From Desulfobacterales bacterium (GTDB lineage Bacteria > Desulfobacterota > Desulfobacteria > Desulfobacterales > UBA2174): 64,000 nucleotides of DNA. The stretch is from the NCBI GenBank assembly GCA_963668645.2, contig CAXXWC010000013.1, forward strand, positions 32,001 to 96,000. Direction: 5' to 3'. Positions 52,421-61,783 of this stretch are shown here, piece after piece. Below the pieces are notes generated by a model. That model had not been told where the DNA came from and made no database searches. It saw only the letters and a list, made by a program, of their open reading frames with translations. A program made the translations under genes and the position numbers. Positions within the stretch are counted from its first letter, which is position 1. Each line of letters begins with the position of its first letter.

Positions 52421-53507
52421 AACCGTCCTGACCACGCTAGATGCCTCCCCGCGCAAACGGATTTCCGTGGAAACCCTGATTGCAGCCGTGCAGAGACTAT
52501 CCCTGGGGCCGATGAGCGATTTCGAGATCCGCGACCGCCTGCTGGCAACCCTCAAGGCCTTGGCCGCAGAAGGACGGCTGCGTTTGCCGGCCGGCACCCG
52601 CAGTTGGGACCGCCAGAGCGGCTTGCCTCGCTTCGTAACGGCCCTGCGTCCCGAAGAAGAGACGGCCCGGCGCCTGCGCCGGGAGACTCTGGACGCACTG
52701 CGCCACGATACTGCCTGGGAGCCCACCCGAATGGTGGCCTTCGCCCACACCCTCAAGGGCGAAGGCGAACTGCGGCGGGCCCGGCAGGTCAACTGCTATC
52801 TGCTCGATCGACGGCCCGGCACGGTGCCCATCCCCCACCGGGAGCGGGCCCTGGCCGTTTTCGGCGACGAAAAGGCCCTCGACGGCTACGTGCACCAAGG
52901 TCTCTTCGGCGGGCGTATCACTCTGACGGACCTGGACTGCTTCTACTGCCCCGAGCCGCTGCCCTATCGACCCCTGTCCATGGAGCGCGCCCGGACGGCC
53001 GGCAAACCGCTGCTGGTGGTGGAAAATGCCTGTACCTACTGGAGCTGCTGCCGGGCCAATGAAACTCTCGAAATCTATGCTGCGGTGGTTTACGGACAGG
53101 GATTTGCAATCTGCGCCCCAGAGCGGGCCAGCGACGGACTGCAGGACATCGAAGAGCAGGTGGCGGCCGCCGGGGTGTTGTATTTCGGCGACCTGGATCC
53201 CGCCGGTCTGGCCATTCCCCGAAGGATCAACGGCTACCGCCGGGACAAAGGCCTGGCGCCATTGCAGGCCGAACTGCGTCTCTACCGGATCCTGCTTCAA
53301 CTGGACCGGACGGTCGCCTACCACCGGCCGCAGCATACCGCCCACGATCCTTCCTGGGCCAGGGCCTGGTTGGGCGACAAACTGGCCGCCATCTACCTGT
53401 CTAAAGTCCAATTGGCCCGCTGGCCCCAAGAGGGGTTGACCGCCGAGGCCATCACCGCGGCGATTGGCAGCCAGGCGATGAGCGGCGGTGATCTTCACTG
53501 CGGATGA
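52401..53507 (+). CDS. jetD: Wadjet JetD TOPRIM nuclease
   Basis: RERALAVFGDEK, VVEN, VVYGQG, YFGDLDPAG and RWPQE. Confidence 0.88.
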   Translation: MQNYLRETVLTTLDASPRKRISVETLIAAVQRLSLGPMSDFEIRDRLLATLKALAAEGRLRLPAGTRSWDRQSGLPRFVTALRPEEETARRLRRETLDALRHDTAWEPTRMVAFAHTLKGEGELRRARQVNCYLLDRRPGTVPIPHRERALAVFGDEKALDGYVHQGLFGGRITLTDLDCFYCPEPLPYRPLSMERARTAGKPLLVVENACTYWSCCRANETLEIYAAVVYGQGFAICAPERASDGLQDIEEQVAAAGVLYFGDLDPAGLAIPRRINGYRRDKGLAPLQAELRLYRILLQLDRTVAYHRPQHTAHDPSWARAWLGDKLAAIYLSKVQLARWPQEGLTAEAITAAIGSQAMSGGDLHCG

Positions 53508-53564
53508 CAGTAATGGGTGATTTGCCAGACCGGCCCTGCATGGCGCTTCGATTTGCCGGGGTAC

Positions 53565-53622
53565 TCAGATCTAATTGAGATTGGGGAAACAGGTCCGGTA
53601 ATACGCGTAATTTCGTGAAAGG
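53565..53622 (-). repeat. Degenerate copy of the 3' end of vapC (44116-44173)
   Basis: TCAGATCTAATTGAGATTGGGGAAACAGGTCCGGTAATA versus TCAGATCTGTTTGAGATTGGGGAAATAGGTGCGGTAATA. Confidence 0.8.
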
Positions 53623-53705
53623 GTGGGTCACGGCATAACTTGAGAAATATATGAAAATCCAAACAGTAACTTGTGATTTTCATAAAACCTGTGTAATGAC
53701 AGCCC

Positions 53706-54878
53706 GTGATCAGACGCCGCATCACCGCTGAACTGAAGGCCGCTGCCAGCGAATACCCCGTGGTAACCATTATCGGTCCGCGCCAGTCCGGCAAGACCAC
53801 GCTGGCGCAGATGACTTTTCCGGACTTGGCCTACCGCTCGCTGGAGGACCCGGATATGCGCCTTGCCGCGGAGACCGATCCCTGAGGCTTTCTGGGCCAA
53901 ATCACCAAAGGCGCCATCCTGGACGAAATTCAGCGCGCACCGCAACTGCTCTCCTATATCCAGGGCATTGTGGACAGCGATCGTTTGTCCGGCCGTTTCA
54001 TCCTCACCGGCAGCCACCAGCCCGAACTGCAGCAAAGCATCAGCCAGTCCCTTGCCGGCCGCACGGCCATGCTGACGCTGCTGCCCTTTGCACTGGATGA
54101 AATTCGCCAATACCCTGGCAATCAGGATGCGTTTAGCCTGATCGTCAACGGAACCTTCCCCCGCGTCTATGAAGATCGTCTGACCCCGTCCCGCTTCTAC
54201 AACGGCCATCTTCAGACCTACGTCGAGCGCGATGTGCGCGCCCTGATCAACCTCAAGGATCTATCGGCGTTTCAACAGTTTCTCGCATTGCTGGCCGGCC
54301 GCATCGGACAGGTGGTCAACTACACTGCCCTGAGCAACGACGTCGGCGTATCCGCAACGACCATCAAAAACTGGATCGGCGTGCTCAAGGCGTCTTTCGT
54401 GATCTTCGAGTTGCCGCCCTATTTTGCCAACCTCCGCAAGCGGGTGATCAAATCGCCCAAGATCTATTTCACCGACCCTGGACTGGTGACCTATTTGCTT
54501 GGCATTGAAAACGCCGACCAGGCGGCCCGCGATCCGCTTCGCGGAGGCCTGTACGAAAACCTGATCATCCTGGAACTGGTCAAAGCAGGCCTGAATCGCG
54601 GCCGGCGTCCGGACTGTCACTTCTACCGGGACACCAACGGCAACGAAGTTGATGTGATCCTGAACAGGGGCGGCGAGTTGATCCCCGTCGAAATCAAGTC
54701 CGCCGCCACGTTCACCAAGGCATTTCTTTCCGGTCTCGAACGATTCCGCCAAGCTGCCGGAGAACGCTGTCAACCCGGCTATGTTTTGTACAACGGAGCA
54801 CAGGAATACGACGTCGACGGCATTCGGATTCTAAATCCTCTTGTCCATGAAGGATTTGATCTGTTTTTCAACAAATAA
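53706..54878 (+). pseudogene. AAA_14/DUF4143 ATPase with an in-frame TGA at 53883
   Basis: GPRQSGKTT...DP*GFL...LDEIQ...SLAGR...KSPKIYFTD...EVD...VEIK. Confidence 0.85.
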
Positions 54879-54925
54879 GCCGTACCCGGCTTCGCTACCA
54901 ACCGTCAGGTGATTTATCACGGTGA

Positions 54926-55186
54926 ATCCACGGCAGCCTTTGTTGTACATGCTCACGGGGATCTACCTGACCGGGAATCTGGGCTTAGCCCTGTGGATCA
55001 GCGACGTTGGCGGTGCAGGCGGCCACCTGCATCAACCCCATGCGCTGGTATCTGATCATTTTGCGCGGGGTGGTGACCAAAGGGGTGGGACTGGCGATCC
55101 TCTGGCCCGCCGTGGTGGGGCAGAGCGCCCTGGCGGTGGGATTCATCTTGCTGGCCTCGCGGCGCTTTCGCAAGACGCTGGGATGA
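54926..55186 (+). repeat. Degenerate direct repeat of the YbhR-like permease 3' end (43738-44100) with a ~100-bp internal deletion
   Basis: Near-identical blocks, e.g. CTGGCGATCCTCTGGCCCGCCGTGGTGGGGCAGAGCGCCCTGGCGGTGGGATTCATCTTGCTGGCCTCGCGGCG. Confidence 0.93.
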
Positions 55187-55270
55187 AAGAGGCGTCATCC
55201 CCGGCCGATCAACAGACCGGGGATGACGCCTCTTTTCAGGCTTGCACTGCCTGCCAATGGGCAAATTCCG

Positions 55271-56128
55271 TTAGAAACAATAGCAGAACCTGAACATTAT
55301 CCCATTGGTTTTGATTCCATTTTTTACGTCAAGATCCTGCTTGTAGTCGACCGCGGCCTGGAGACTGTCGTTGAGCATGAGATAGAAACTAAGCCCCCCT
55401 GTATGCGTTCTGATCTCGTCGTCCTGGTCGAGTCCGTCGAGTTCGGTTTCTCCGCCATAGCTGAAATAGTAATCCAGTGAGGCGAAGAAACTTTTCGTGA
55501 GGTTATAGCTGCAATGTACTTCTGCGTTGTATTTGATATCTTTCGAAGATGTGGCTTTCCGGTTGTTGATTCCCATCGCATCATCGTTGTCGAAGAAAAA
55601 CTCCACGGAGTTGTACCACTCCAGCCAGAGATTTTCGCCAAAGCCCTTGACGAAGGCGATTTCCTGTTTTGTGGCCCACCGATTGTCTCCCAGGTTGACC
55701 GACCGGTCACGGTCGTACTGGCCTGTGGGAACAGTGAGGTAGGGGGTATACCCGAACACAAATTTGTTTTTCGTGTCATTTATCATAAACATGGTGAATG
55801 CGAGCTGGAGGTCTCCGATGCCGTTGGACTGAACACCACTGACATCGACACTTCCAAAGGGCAGGATACATTGTGGCGCAACGGTCATTCCCCAAAGCTC
55901 GGTGTAATAGATAGGCCTGAGTAAACCGACGGTTGAATCCAGATCTAAATCTTTGGATAGTTTTTCCGAGTCGTGATAGTATTCATTGCCAAATTTAAAA
56001 TCAAAATACGTGATCAACGTTTTTGTGCCTGCTGGAAGAGGCAGGTAATCCCTTGCATTGTTCGCCAAGGCATGGCCTGGGAAGCTGAAAAGTAATATTG
56101 CAAGTAACAGAACTGATAACCGTTTCAT
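55271..56128 (-). CDS. Outer-membrane channel, SphA/phenol MetA-degradation family
   Basis: Signal peptide; GIGD, VPTGQYD..SVNLGDNRW; terminal Phe. Confidence 0.8.
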   Translation of the reverse strand: MKRLSVLLLAILLFSFPGHALANNARDYLPLPAGTKTLITYFDFKFGNEYYHDSEKLSKDLDLDSTVGLLRPIYYTELWGMTVAPQCILPFGSVDVSGVQSNGIGDLQLAFTMFMINDTKNKFVFGYTPYLTVPTGQYDRDRSVNLGDNRWATKQEIAFVKGFGENLWLEWYNSVEFFFDNDDAMGINNRKATSSKDIKYNAEVHCSYNLTKSFFASLDYYFSYGGETELDGLDQDDEIRTHTGGLSFYLMLNDSLQAAVDYKQDLDVKNGIKTNGIMFRFCYCF

Positions 56129-56275
56129 ATCTACTCCTCCTTTTTGATAACTCCAATTTTATGTTAACCGCCGTAATAATGAGAATGAAAAATGATGCAA
56201 CTCCTTTGGTGTCTCCAGCCACTATCTGGCAATATTACCCAGATTATTTGTCGTGCTTTTGTTTGTCTTGCCGGT

Positions 56276-56563
56276 CTAACCTTCCCGGTAGACGATACCG
56301 TACCCACCATTTGGATATTTCCATTTCAGCGTGCCGGGAATCGCTAATGCAAGGCATGTTCCACATTCCAGGCAGCCGGCATACATGACACCGATGGTGC
56401 CATCCGGGTTTTCAGAATAGACATGTGCGGGACATACACGGATGAGTAATTTACCTGTACCTGTTTTCCGAGCGAGCTCCTGGTCGATTTCAATGTGTGA
56501 TTCTTCGTCCTCAACGTACTTGTTGCCTGCCAAACGCTGGGTGACATTTCCAAATTTCGTCAT
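56276..56563 (-). CDS. fixX: Ferredoxin-like FixX
   Basis: CPAHVY...GCLECGTC...WKYPNGGYG. Confidence 0.92.
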   Translation of the reverse strand: MTKFGNVTQRLAGNKYVEDEESHIEIDQELARKTGTGKLLIRVCPAHVYSENPDGTIGVMYAGCLECGTCLALAIPGTLKWKYPNGGYGIVYREG

Positions 56564-56646
56564 CTGTGTTCTCCCGCGTGTTTCGCCTTCTCAAAATAGA
56601 AATAAAGATCGTGCCAGGCTCAAAGATCACTCCCGTCGTGGGAGCG

Positions 56647-57954
56647 TCAAAGCGCTTTCATGGCCTTGAATACATCGCCTATCACAGGGAATAACTTTAT
56701 GTTCGATTGCCTGAAAGCGTTCATGACTGTCTTTCTCATCGGTTTTTTCGGTGTGGTGTCGTGCCGGTAGGCATCGTAGAAAATTTCCGCAAGCAACTCT
56801 CCGTAGTCTTTGTACATGCGCGGGATCTCCAAAAACTCGGGGGCCCTGGCGTAGGTCTTCATATCGGCGCAGGCAAAGCCGGCCGCCAGTTGTTTTTTGT
56901 AATTGTCCATTGCCTGCTGGTTGAAATTGCCTTGATCCAGTGCCTCGACGATCGTTTTTGCAGCAGCAATGGCAGAGCCGGCGGCCAAGTCCATGCCCCG
57001 AATCGCCAATCCCGTGTTGAGGGTAAAACCTGCAGCATCACCGATGATGAGCAAGCCGGGCCGGGCAAGGTCGTGTGCGGCCATGGCAGGTCCGTTTTCG
57101 ATGGTCAAATGGCAGCCGTACTCGAGCAATTCGCCGTCTCGTATCAACGGTGCAATCGCCGGGTGATCCAGAAAATGATCATGCACCTCGCTGGAGGTCA
57201 AACCCTTGGCTTCAAGATCGTCCAGCCGCATGACCACACCGATGCTGATCGAGTCCTTGTTGGTATACAAAAAACCGCCGCCGGCCACGGACTGGGTGCA
57301 ATCACCGACAATGGCGTAGGCTACGCCTTCATCGTCCGTAACGCGAAAGCGGTCTTCGATGACCTTGCGGGGCAGACCGATCACGCTTTTTACGCCGACG
57401 GCCAGATGCTTGGGATCTTCTTTGGCGCGGATGCCCGCTTCGCGGGCGATAAAAGAATTCACGCCGTCGGCCGCGACAACGACATGGGCGTGCAGCTCGT
57501 CCTCGCCGGCCTTGACGCCGACCACCCGGCCGCCTTCAAGCAGCAGGCCATCGACCCGGATCCCCGGCATCACCATGACGCCGGCCTCTTCGCATTGTTC
57601 CGAGAGCCATGCATCCAATCTGGCCCTGAGCACCGTGACGGCATTGGCCGGCTCTTTCAGGCGGTCATCCCAGTAGTCGATGTTGAAATGCGACGTGGCA
57701 TTGAGGAAACTGAGCACATTGCGGGTGATACGCCGTTCGATGGGTGCCTTTTGCACAAAATCCGGGAACACCTGCTCCATCACACGGCAGTAGAATACCC
57801 CGCCGGAAAGATTCTTCGAGCCGGGCTGCTCTCCTCGCTCGATGAGGATGACCTGCCTGCCGGCCTGCGCCAATTGATAGGCGCAGACCGTGCCTGCCAC
57901 GCCGCCACCGATGATGATGACTTCGGAATCGACTTCGAATGCTTCTTCAGCCAA
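56647..57954 (-). CDS. fixC: FixC ETF:quinone oxidoreductase-like flavoprotein
   Basis: ERGEQPGSKNLSGG, ADGVNS, GGGFLYTNKDSISIG, GDAAG and RGMDLA. Confidence 0.92.
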   Translation of the reverse strand: MAEEAFEVDSEVIIIGGGVAGTVCAYQLAQAGRQVILIERGEQPGSKNLSGGVFYCRVMEQVFPDFVQKAPIERRITRNVLSFLNATSHFNIDYWDDRLKEPANAVTVLRARLDAWLSEQCEEAGVMVMPGIRVDGLLLEGGRVVGVKAGEDELHAHVVVAADGVNSFIAREAGIRAKEDPKHLAVGVKSVIGLPRKVIEDRFRVTDDEGVAYAIVGDCTQSVAGGGFLYTNKDSISIGVVMRLDDLEAKGLTSSEVHDHFLDHPAIAPLIRDGELLEYGCHLTIENGPAMAAHDLARPGLLIIGDAAGFTLNTGLAIRGMDLAAGSAIAAAKTIVEALDQGNFNQQAMDNYKKQLAAGFACADMKTYARAPEFLEIPRMYKDYGELLAEIFYDAYRHDTTPKKPMRKTVMNAFRQSNIKLFPVIGDVFKAMKAL

Positions 57955-58037
57955 AACGCTTTCTCCCTAAACCGAAAATAGAATGGATGCCGGGCCGGAC
58001 ATGGCGCGTAACATGGCTTTCATACCAAGGGGCGCAA

Positions 58038-59510
58038 TCACAGCAGGCCGGCCTTAATCTTTTCAGCGATATCATCGGCGGTCAGCCAGCCGGAGGTCAG
58101 GGCAAAGCCACAGGCCGAACCCGGAATCGTCAACTGGTAGCTCTCTCCATAAAGGCCTCCGGCGTCGCAACCGACACAATACAAACCGGGAATGACTTCA
58201 CCATTAGCATCCAAGGCCTGCATGTACTCGTTGATCAACATGGCACCCATGCTGATCAAGATTCCGGGTTCCATCTTGACGGCGTAGAAGGGGCCTTTCA
58301 CGCAAGGGACCATATACTTGGCATGCTTACGGAATTTTGAATCGACGCCTGAGTTTGCACAGATGTTGTATTCGTCCACTTCCTCCCGCAAAGCCTTGGG
58401 ATTGACGTCTATTTTACCTGCCAACTCTTCGATGGTTTCACCATATTGAACGTTGGTGCGTTCTTCGTTTTCTGCATCCGCCTCAATTTCCACCGGCAGG
58501 TTGACCAGCTTCTCATAGTTGTGGACATAGATACCGACACCGACCTTGTTGCCCTCGTTCACTAGAATGTCGATATATGTCTGATCAAGAATAGCCCAAT
58601 ACATAGCGTCAGGAAGACTAGCCACGAGATCTCCGGCGTCGCCGAAGTTCAAGCCGATCGTTTCGTTTGTGAAACGGCGCCCATATTTGTTGACCCAAAG
58701 GGTTGGTTGCATGCCGGCATTATTGACATGGCTGGTAATGGTTTTGTCTCGCATCAAGGGCAGGAGCAGCAGGGTCCCGATGTTGGGATTTTCAATGCCG
58801 CCGACTTCCTTCATCATGGTGATGCCATCACCCATGTTGCCCGGGCCTCCTACGTTGATGATGCGTTCGCCGACTTTGTATTTGCCGTATTTGTTAAGCA
58901 GTTCGGGGTTGGCCGCGTAGCCCCCGGTTGCGACGACCACGGCCTTGGCCCCCAGAGCGACTGTCTCACCATCGGAGTCCGTAGCGGTAACACCTCTGAT
59001 CTTGCCGTCTTCGCCGCGAATAATTTTGTTCGCTGAAGTGGAAAGAAAAATGTCAACGCCGCGGCGGCGGGCGTCCGCTTCCATCAGTTCGATGACATGT
59101 GCGATTTCGCCCTCGGGTATGTGCCAGGTGACAAGTTCTCCCGGTTGCTCGGGAGCGGTGATGAGTACGTTCTCATAGACGGCACCAACTTCATCACGCA
59201 TCTTTTTGACGGTTGTCGCGGCGTTCTCGACATAGCGGTTGACCAGTGCAGGATTGCATCGCCAATGGGAGTAAGACAGGTAGTGCTGGTAGGCTTGTTC
59301 CTTGGTGACCTTGATGCCGCGTTTTTCCTGCTCGTCGGACTCGAAAGCTGCGTGTCCCTCGGCGAAGGAGGAACTGCCGCCGACCTTGTCTTCCTTTTCG
59401 AGCACGGCGCATGAAAGGCCGTTTTTTGCGGCCTGCACGGCCGTGGAAAAGCCGGAGCCGCCCCCACCAATCACGATAACATCGTAGTTGAATTCGAACT
59501 CTTGTGACAT
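58038..59510 (-). CDS. Cytoplasmic FAD_binding_2 flavoreductase, Tdr/Ber-like
   Basis: GGGGSG, ATGG, GDG, GRRFTNE, GPFYA and IPGLY; no signal peptide; no fumarate-reductase QxHPT motif. Confidence 0.8.
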   Translation of the reverse strand: MSQEFEFNYDVIVIGGGGSGFSTAVQAAKNGLSCAVLEKEDKVGGSSSFAEGHAAFESDEQEKRGIKVTKEQAYQHYLSYSHWRCNPALVNRYVENAATTVKKMRDEVGAVYENVLITAPEQPGELVTWHIPEGEIAHVIELMEADARRRGVDIFLSTSANKIIRGEDGKIRGVTATDSDGETVALGAKAVVVATGGYAANPELLNKYGKYKVGERIINVGGPGNMGDGITMMKEVGGIENPNIGTLLLLPLMRDKTITSHVNNAGMQPTLWVNKYGRRFTNETIGLNFGDAGDLVASLPDAMYWAILDQTYIDILVNEGNKVGVGIYVHNYEKLVNLPVEIEADAENEERTNVQYGETIEELAGKIDVNPKALREEVDEYNICANSGVDSKFRKHAKYMVPCVKGPFYAVKMEPGILISMGAMLINEYMQALDANGEVIPGLYCVGCDAGGLYGESYQLTIPGSACGFALTSGWLTADDIAEKIKAGLL

Positions 59511-59546
59511 AGTATCTCCCTTTTGTTGATTAAACTCACCCGGTCG

Positions 59547-60461
59547 TTATTTGCCGAGGGTGGATATAAGCGCAGGAACTACTTCGTAAAGATCCCCGAG
59601 GATGCCGTAATCGGCAGCCTTGAAAATCGGAGCGTCGGGATCGTTATTGATGCCGACAACGACTTTGGTCCCCTGGATGCCTTCCAAATGTTGCGGGGCC
59701 CCTTGAATACCGATGGCCATGTAGAGTTCCGGGGTGATATGCTGGCCGGAACGGCCCACATAGCGTTCCTGTGCAATCCAACCCAGGTCGTCTGCGATGG
59801 GCATGCTGCAACCGATTTCAGCGCCGAGGGCGTCTGCAAGGGCCTGGATGATCGACAGGTCGTCTTTCTTTTTCAGACCGCGGCCGATGGAAACGACCCT
59901 GGCGGCCCTGGTGATTCCGGCGTCAGCCCCGGCGGCTTGCTCGATTTTTTCAATCTTGATGTCGGCGATGTCTTCAAGGTCGACCGGCTCGATGGGGGCA
60001 GGCGCAAAGTCCGCCGCTTCCAGGTCTTCGCCGCCGTAAAAGGTGACCACAGGGGTGGCAGAGATCACCGTTTCAATAACCCTGCCGTCCAGATCTGCAC
60101 GTTCAACACGTATCCGTTCGCCTTCTGCCGACAATCTCAGGCCGCGGGGAACCAGCGCAGCACCAAGCCTGGCCGCTGTTGCACCGGCAAGGGCGCGCCC
60201 TTGGGCCGTCGCGCTGCCGACCACCGCCATGGGCGCGTCGGCTGCGATCATCCGCGCGACCTGTCCTGCGCAGGCTTCTGCCGGGAGATCCCGGCCTGTC
60301 TCGATCCATTTTACGAGATCGGGCCCGGCGGCTGCGGCAGCGTCAGCCAGAGCGCGCGAACCGACAACGGCGGCGGTAACCTTGCCGTTGAGCCCTTTTG
60401 CCACAGCCACCAGCGCCGTTACCTGTTTTTCTTCCGTCACGATGATCCATGCGTTACTCAC
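59547..60461 (-). CDS. fixB: Electron transfer flavoprotein alpha (FixB)
   Basis: VSIGRG, IGCSMP, VGRSG, GIQGAPQH, INNDPDAPIF and DYGILGDL. Confidence 0.9.
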   Translation of the reverse strand: MSNAWIIVTEEKQVTALVAVAKGLNGKVTAAVVGSRALADAAAAAGPDLVKWIETGRDLPAEACAGQVARMIAADAPMAVVGSATAQGRALAGATAARLGAALVPRGLRLSAEGERIRVERADLDGRVIETVISATPVVTFYGGEDLEAADFAPAPIEPVDLEDIADIKIEKIEQAAGADAGITRAARVVSIGRGLKKKDDLSIIQALADALGAEIGCSMPIADDLGWIAQERYVGRSGQHITPELYMAIGIQGAPQHLEGIQGTKVVVGINNDPDAPIFKAADYGILGDLYEVVPALISTLGK

Positions 60462-60509
60462 TCAACTTCTCCTATGCGATAAAAAGTTGGATGTTTACCT
60501 TGCTTATGC

Positions 60510-61238
60510 TTACAGAACTCCCTCTTCACGCAGGGCGTTAACGAGCTGGGCAACGGCAACTTCGGGTTCTCCCTCGAAGACGCGGGCGGCGGTGGTTTCA
60601 GGCAACCGGGTGCCCTCGCTGAGCAACCTGTCGTCGCTTCCGGCATTGATGTCGGCAAGGGTCAGTTTGTTGACGGGACGCTTGCGGGCCATCAACTGCT
60701 CTTTCATGCCTGGGATCTTTTTTTCGGGAGACGCCGCTTTGACCGCAATCACCACCGGAGTGGCAACGGTGAGGGTGTGCACGCTGTTGCCGTGTTTGCG
60801 CGTGATTTGCACTTTTCCGTCAACGGTGCAGGCGCTGCTGACGTTGGTGAGCACCGGCCAGCCGAGCATGCCGGCAAGGACAACCGGAACGCCGCAATAC
60901 TCACCGGAATCACCGATGGCCACAACGTCCGCGTCACCGATCTGTTTGATGGCTGCCGCAAGGATCGAGGCAGTAGATGCGTTATCGATGAGCTTGGGCG
61001 CATCGGTGATCGATACCGTTTCTTTTACGCCGCGCGCCAGCACCCAACTGGCATCGCCATCGCCGATGGTCAGTCCGACGATCTGCGAATTTCCGGCAAT
61101 CGCCTTTGCGGCATCAAGAGCAGCAAAGTCGTCTTCTCCAGCGGTCATCTTCGCATTGCGCCAATCAACCGAACCGTCGCTTCGGACAGCGGCGTCTTCG
61201 GCGTTTCGAGCCCACTTGTAAACGATTACTGTTTTCAT
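60510..61238 (-). CDS. fixA: Electron transfer flavoprotein beta (FixA)
   Basis: VIVYKW...D...AL...ARG...LAAAI...GWP...IPGMK..MARK. Confidence 0.85.
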   Translation of the reverse strand: MKTVIVYKWARNAEDAAVRSDGSVDWRNAKMTAGEDDFAALDAAKAIAGNSQIVGLTIGDGDASWVLARGVKETVSITDAPKLIDNASTASILAAAIKQIGDADVVAIGDSGEYCGVPVVLAGMLGWPVLTNVSSACTVDGKVQITRKHGNSVHTLTVATPVVIAVKAASPEKKIPGMKEQLMARKRPVNKLTLADINAGSDDRLLSEGTRLPETTAARVFEGEPEVAVAQLVNALREEGVL

Positions 61239-61783
61239 CGATTGTTGACACCTCCATGAGTTAAACACTCTTACAATTGCACACCGCTTTTCTCATCGAT
61301 GTTCCACCTCTGACTTTGATCGTTGCTTTTTCCTTCTTTGTCATCTCGATAAAGTACTTAATCATGATTCATGCCAATGATGATGAATTTAATAAAAAAT
61401 ATTCCCGGCTATAACATTTTGAATTTTTGGCAATTATTCTTTGATTACGACGCAAGTGGAAAGAGAGAGGGCGCGGGTAAAAAAGTGACAAGTGTTGAAA
61501 TAATGACACTGTTGATAGAATGACACTTAAAGACGATTTTTCCCTTTCATGATTCATATTGGCGTTCGAATCGCCGGGCTCTGGCACACCCCTGTGATAA
61601 GTGTGGAAACCACTTAAGGGTGTCAGAACCGCTTGCCCGAATTGGCCTGGTGTGACCTGTTGGGCGGATGAATATGAAAGGCGGGTGGCGCTTGGAAAAG
61701 GCGGCTAAGAAAAGGGTTGGGTTTTTCGGAAAAAGTATCGTACTTTCTGCGCATTTTTATGGGCCGGATCTGATCAGCAAACC

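Noticed and set aside
53883..53885. In-frame TGA as selenocysteine in the DUF4143 ATPase
   Set aside because: The context DP*GFL corresponds to the usual DPRGFL, so a CGA>TGA nonsense change is simpler; it is not a Cys position and I saw no convincing SECIS
58038..59510. Fumarate reductase/succinate dehydrogenase flavoprotein
   Set aside because: No catalytic QxHPT motif, no frdBC partners, and too short for FrdA
61358..61378. Sigma54 promoter for the fix operon (TGGCATGAATCATGAT, minus strand)
   Set aside because: The -24 element fits but the conserved -12 GC is GA; too weak to call
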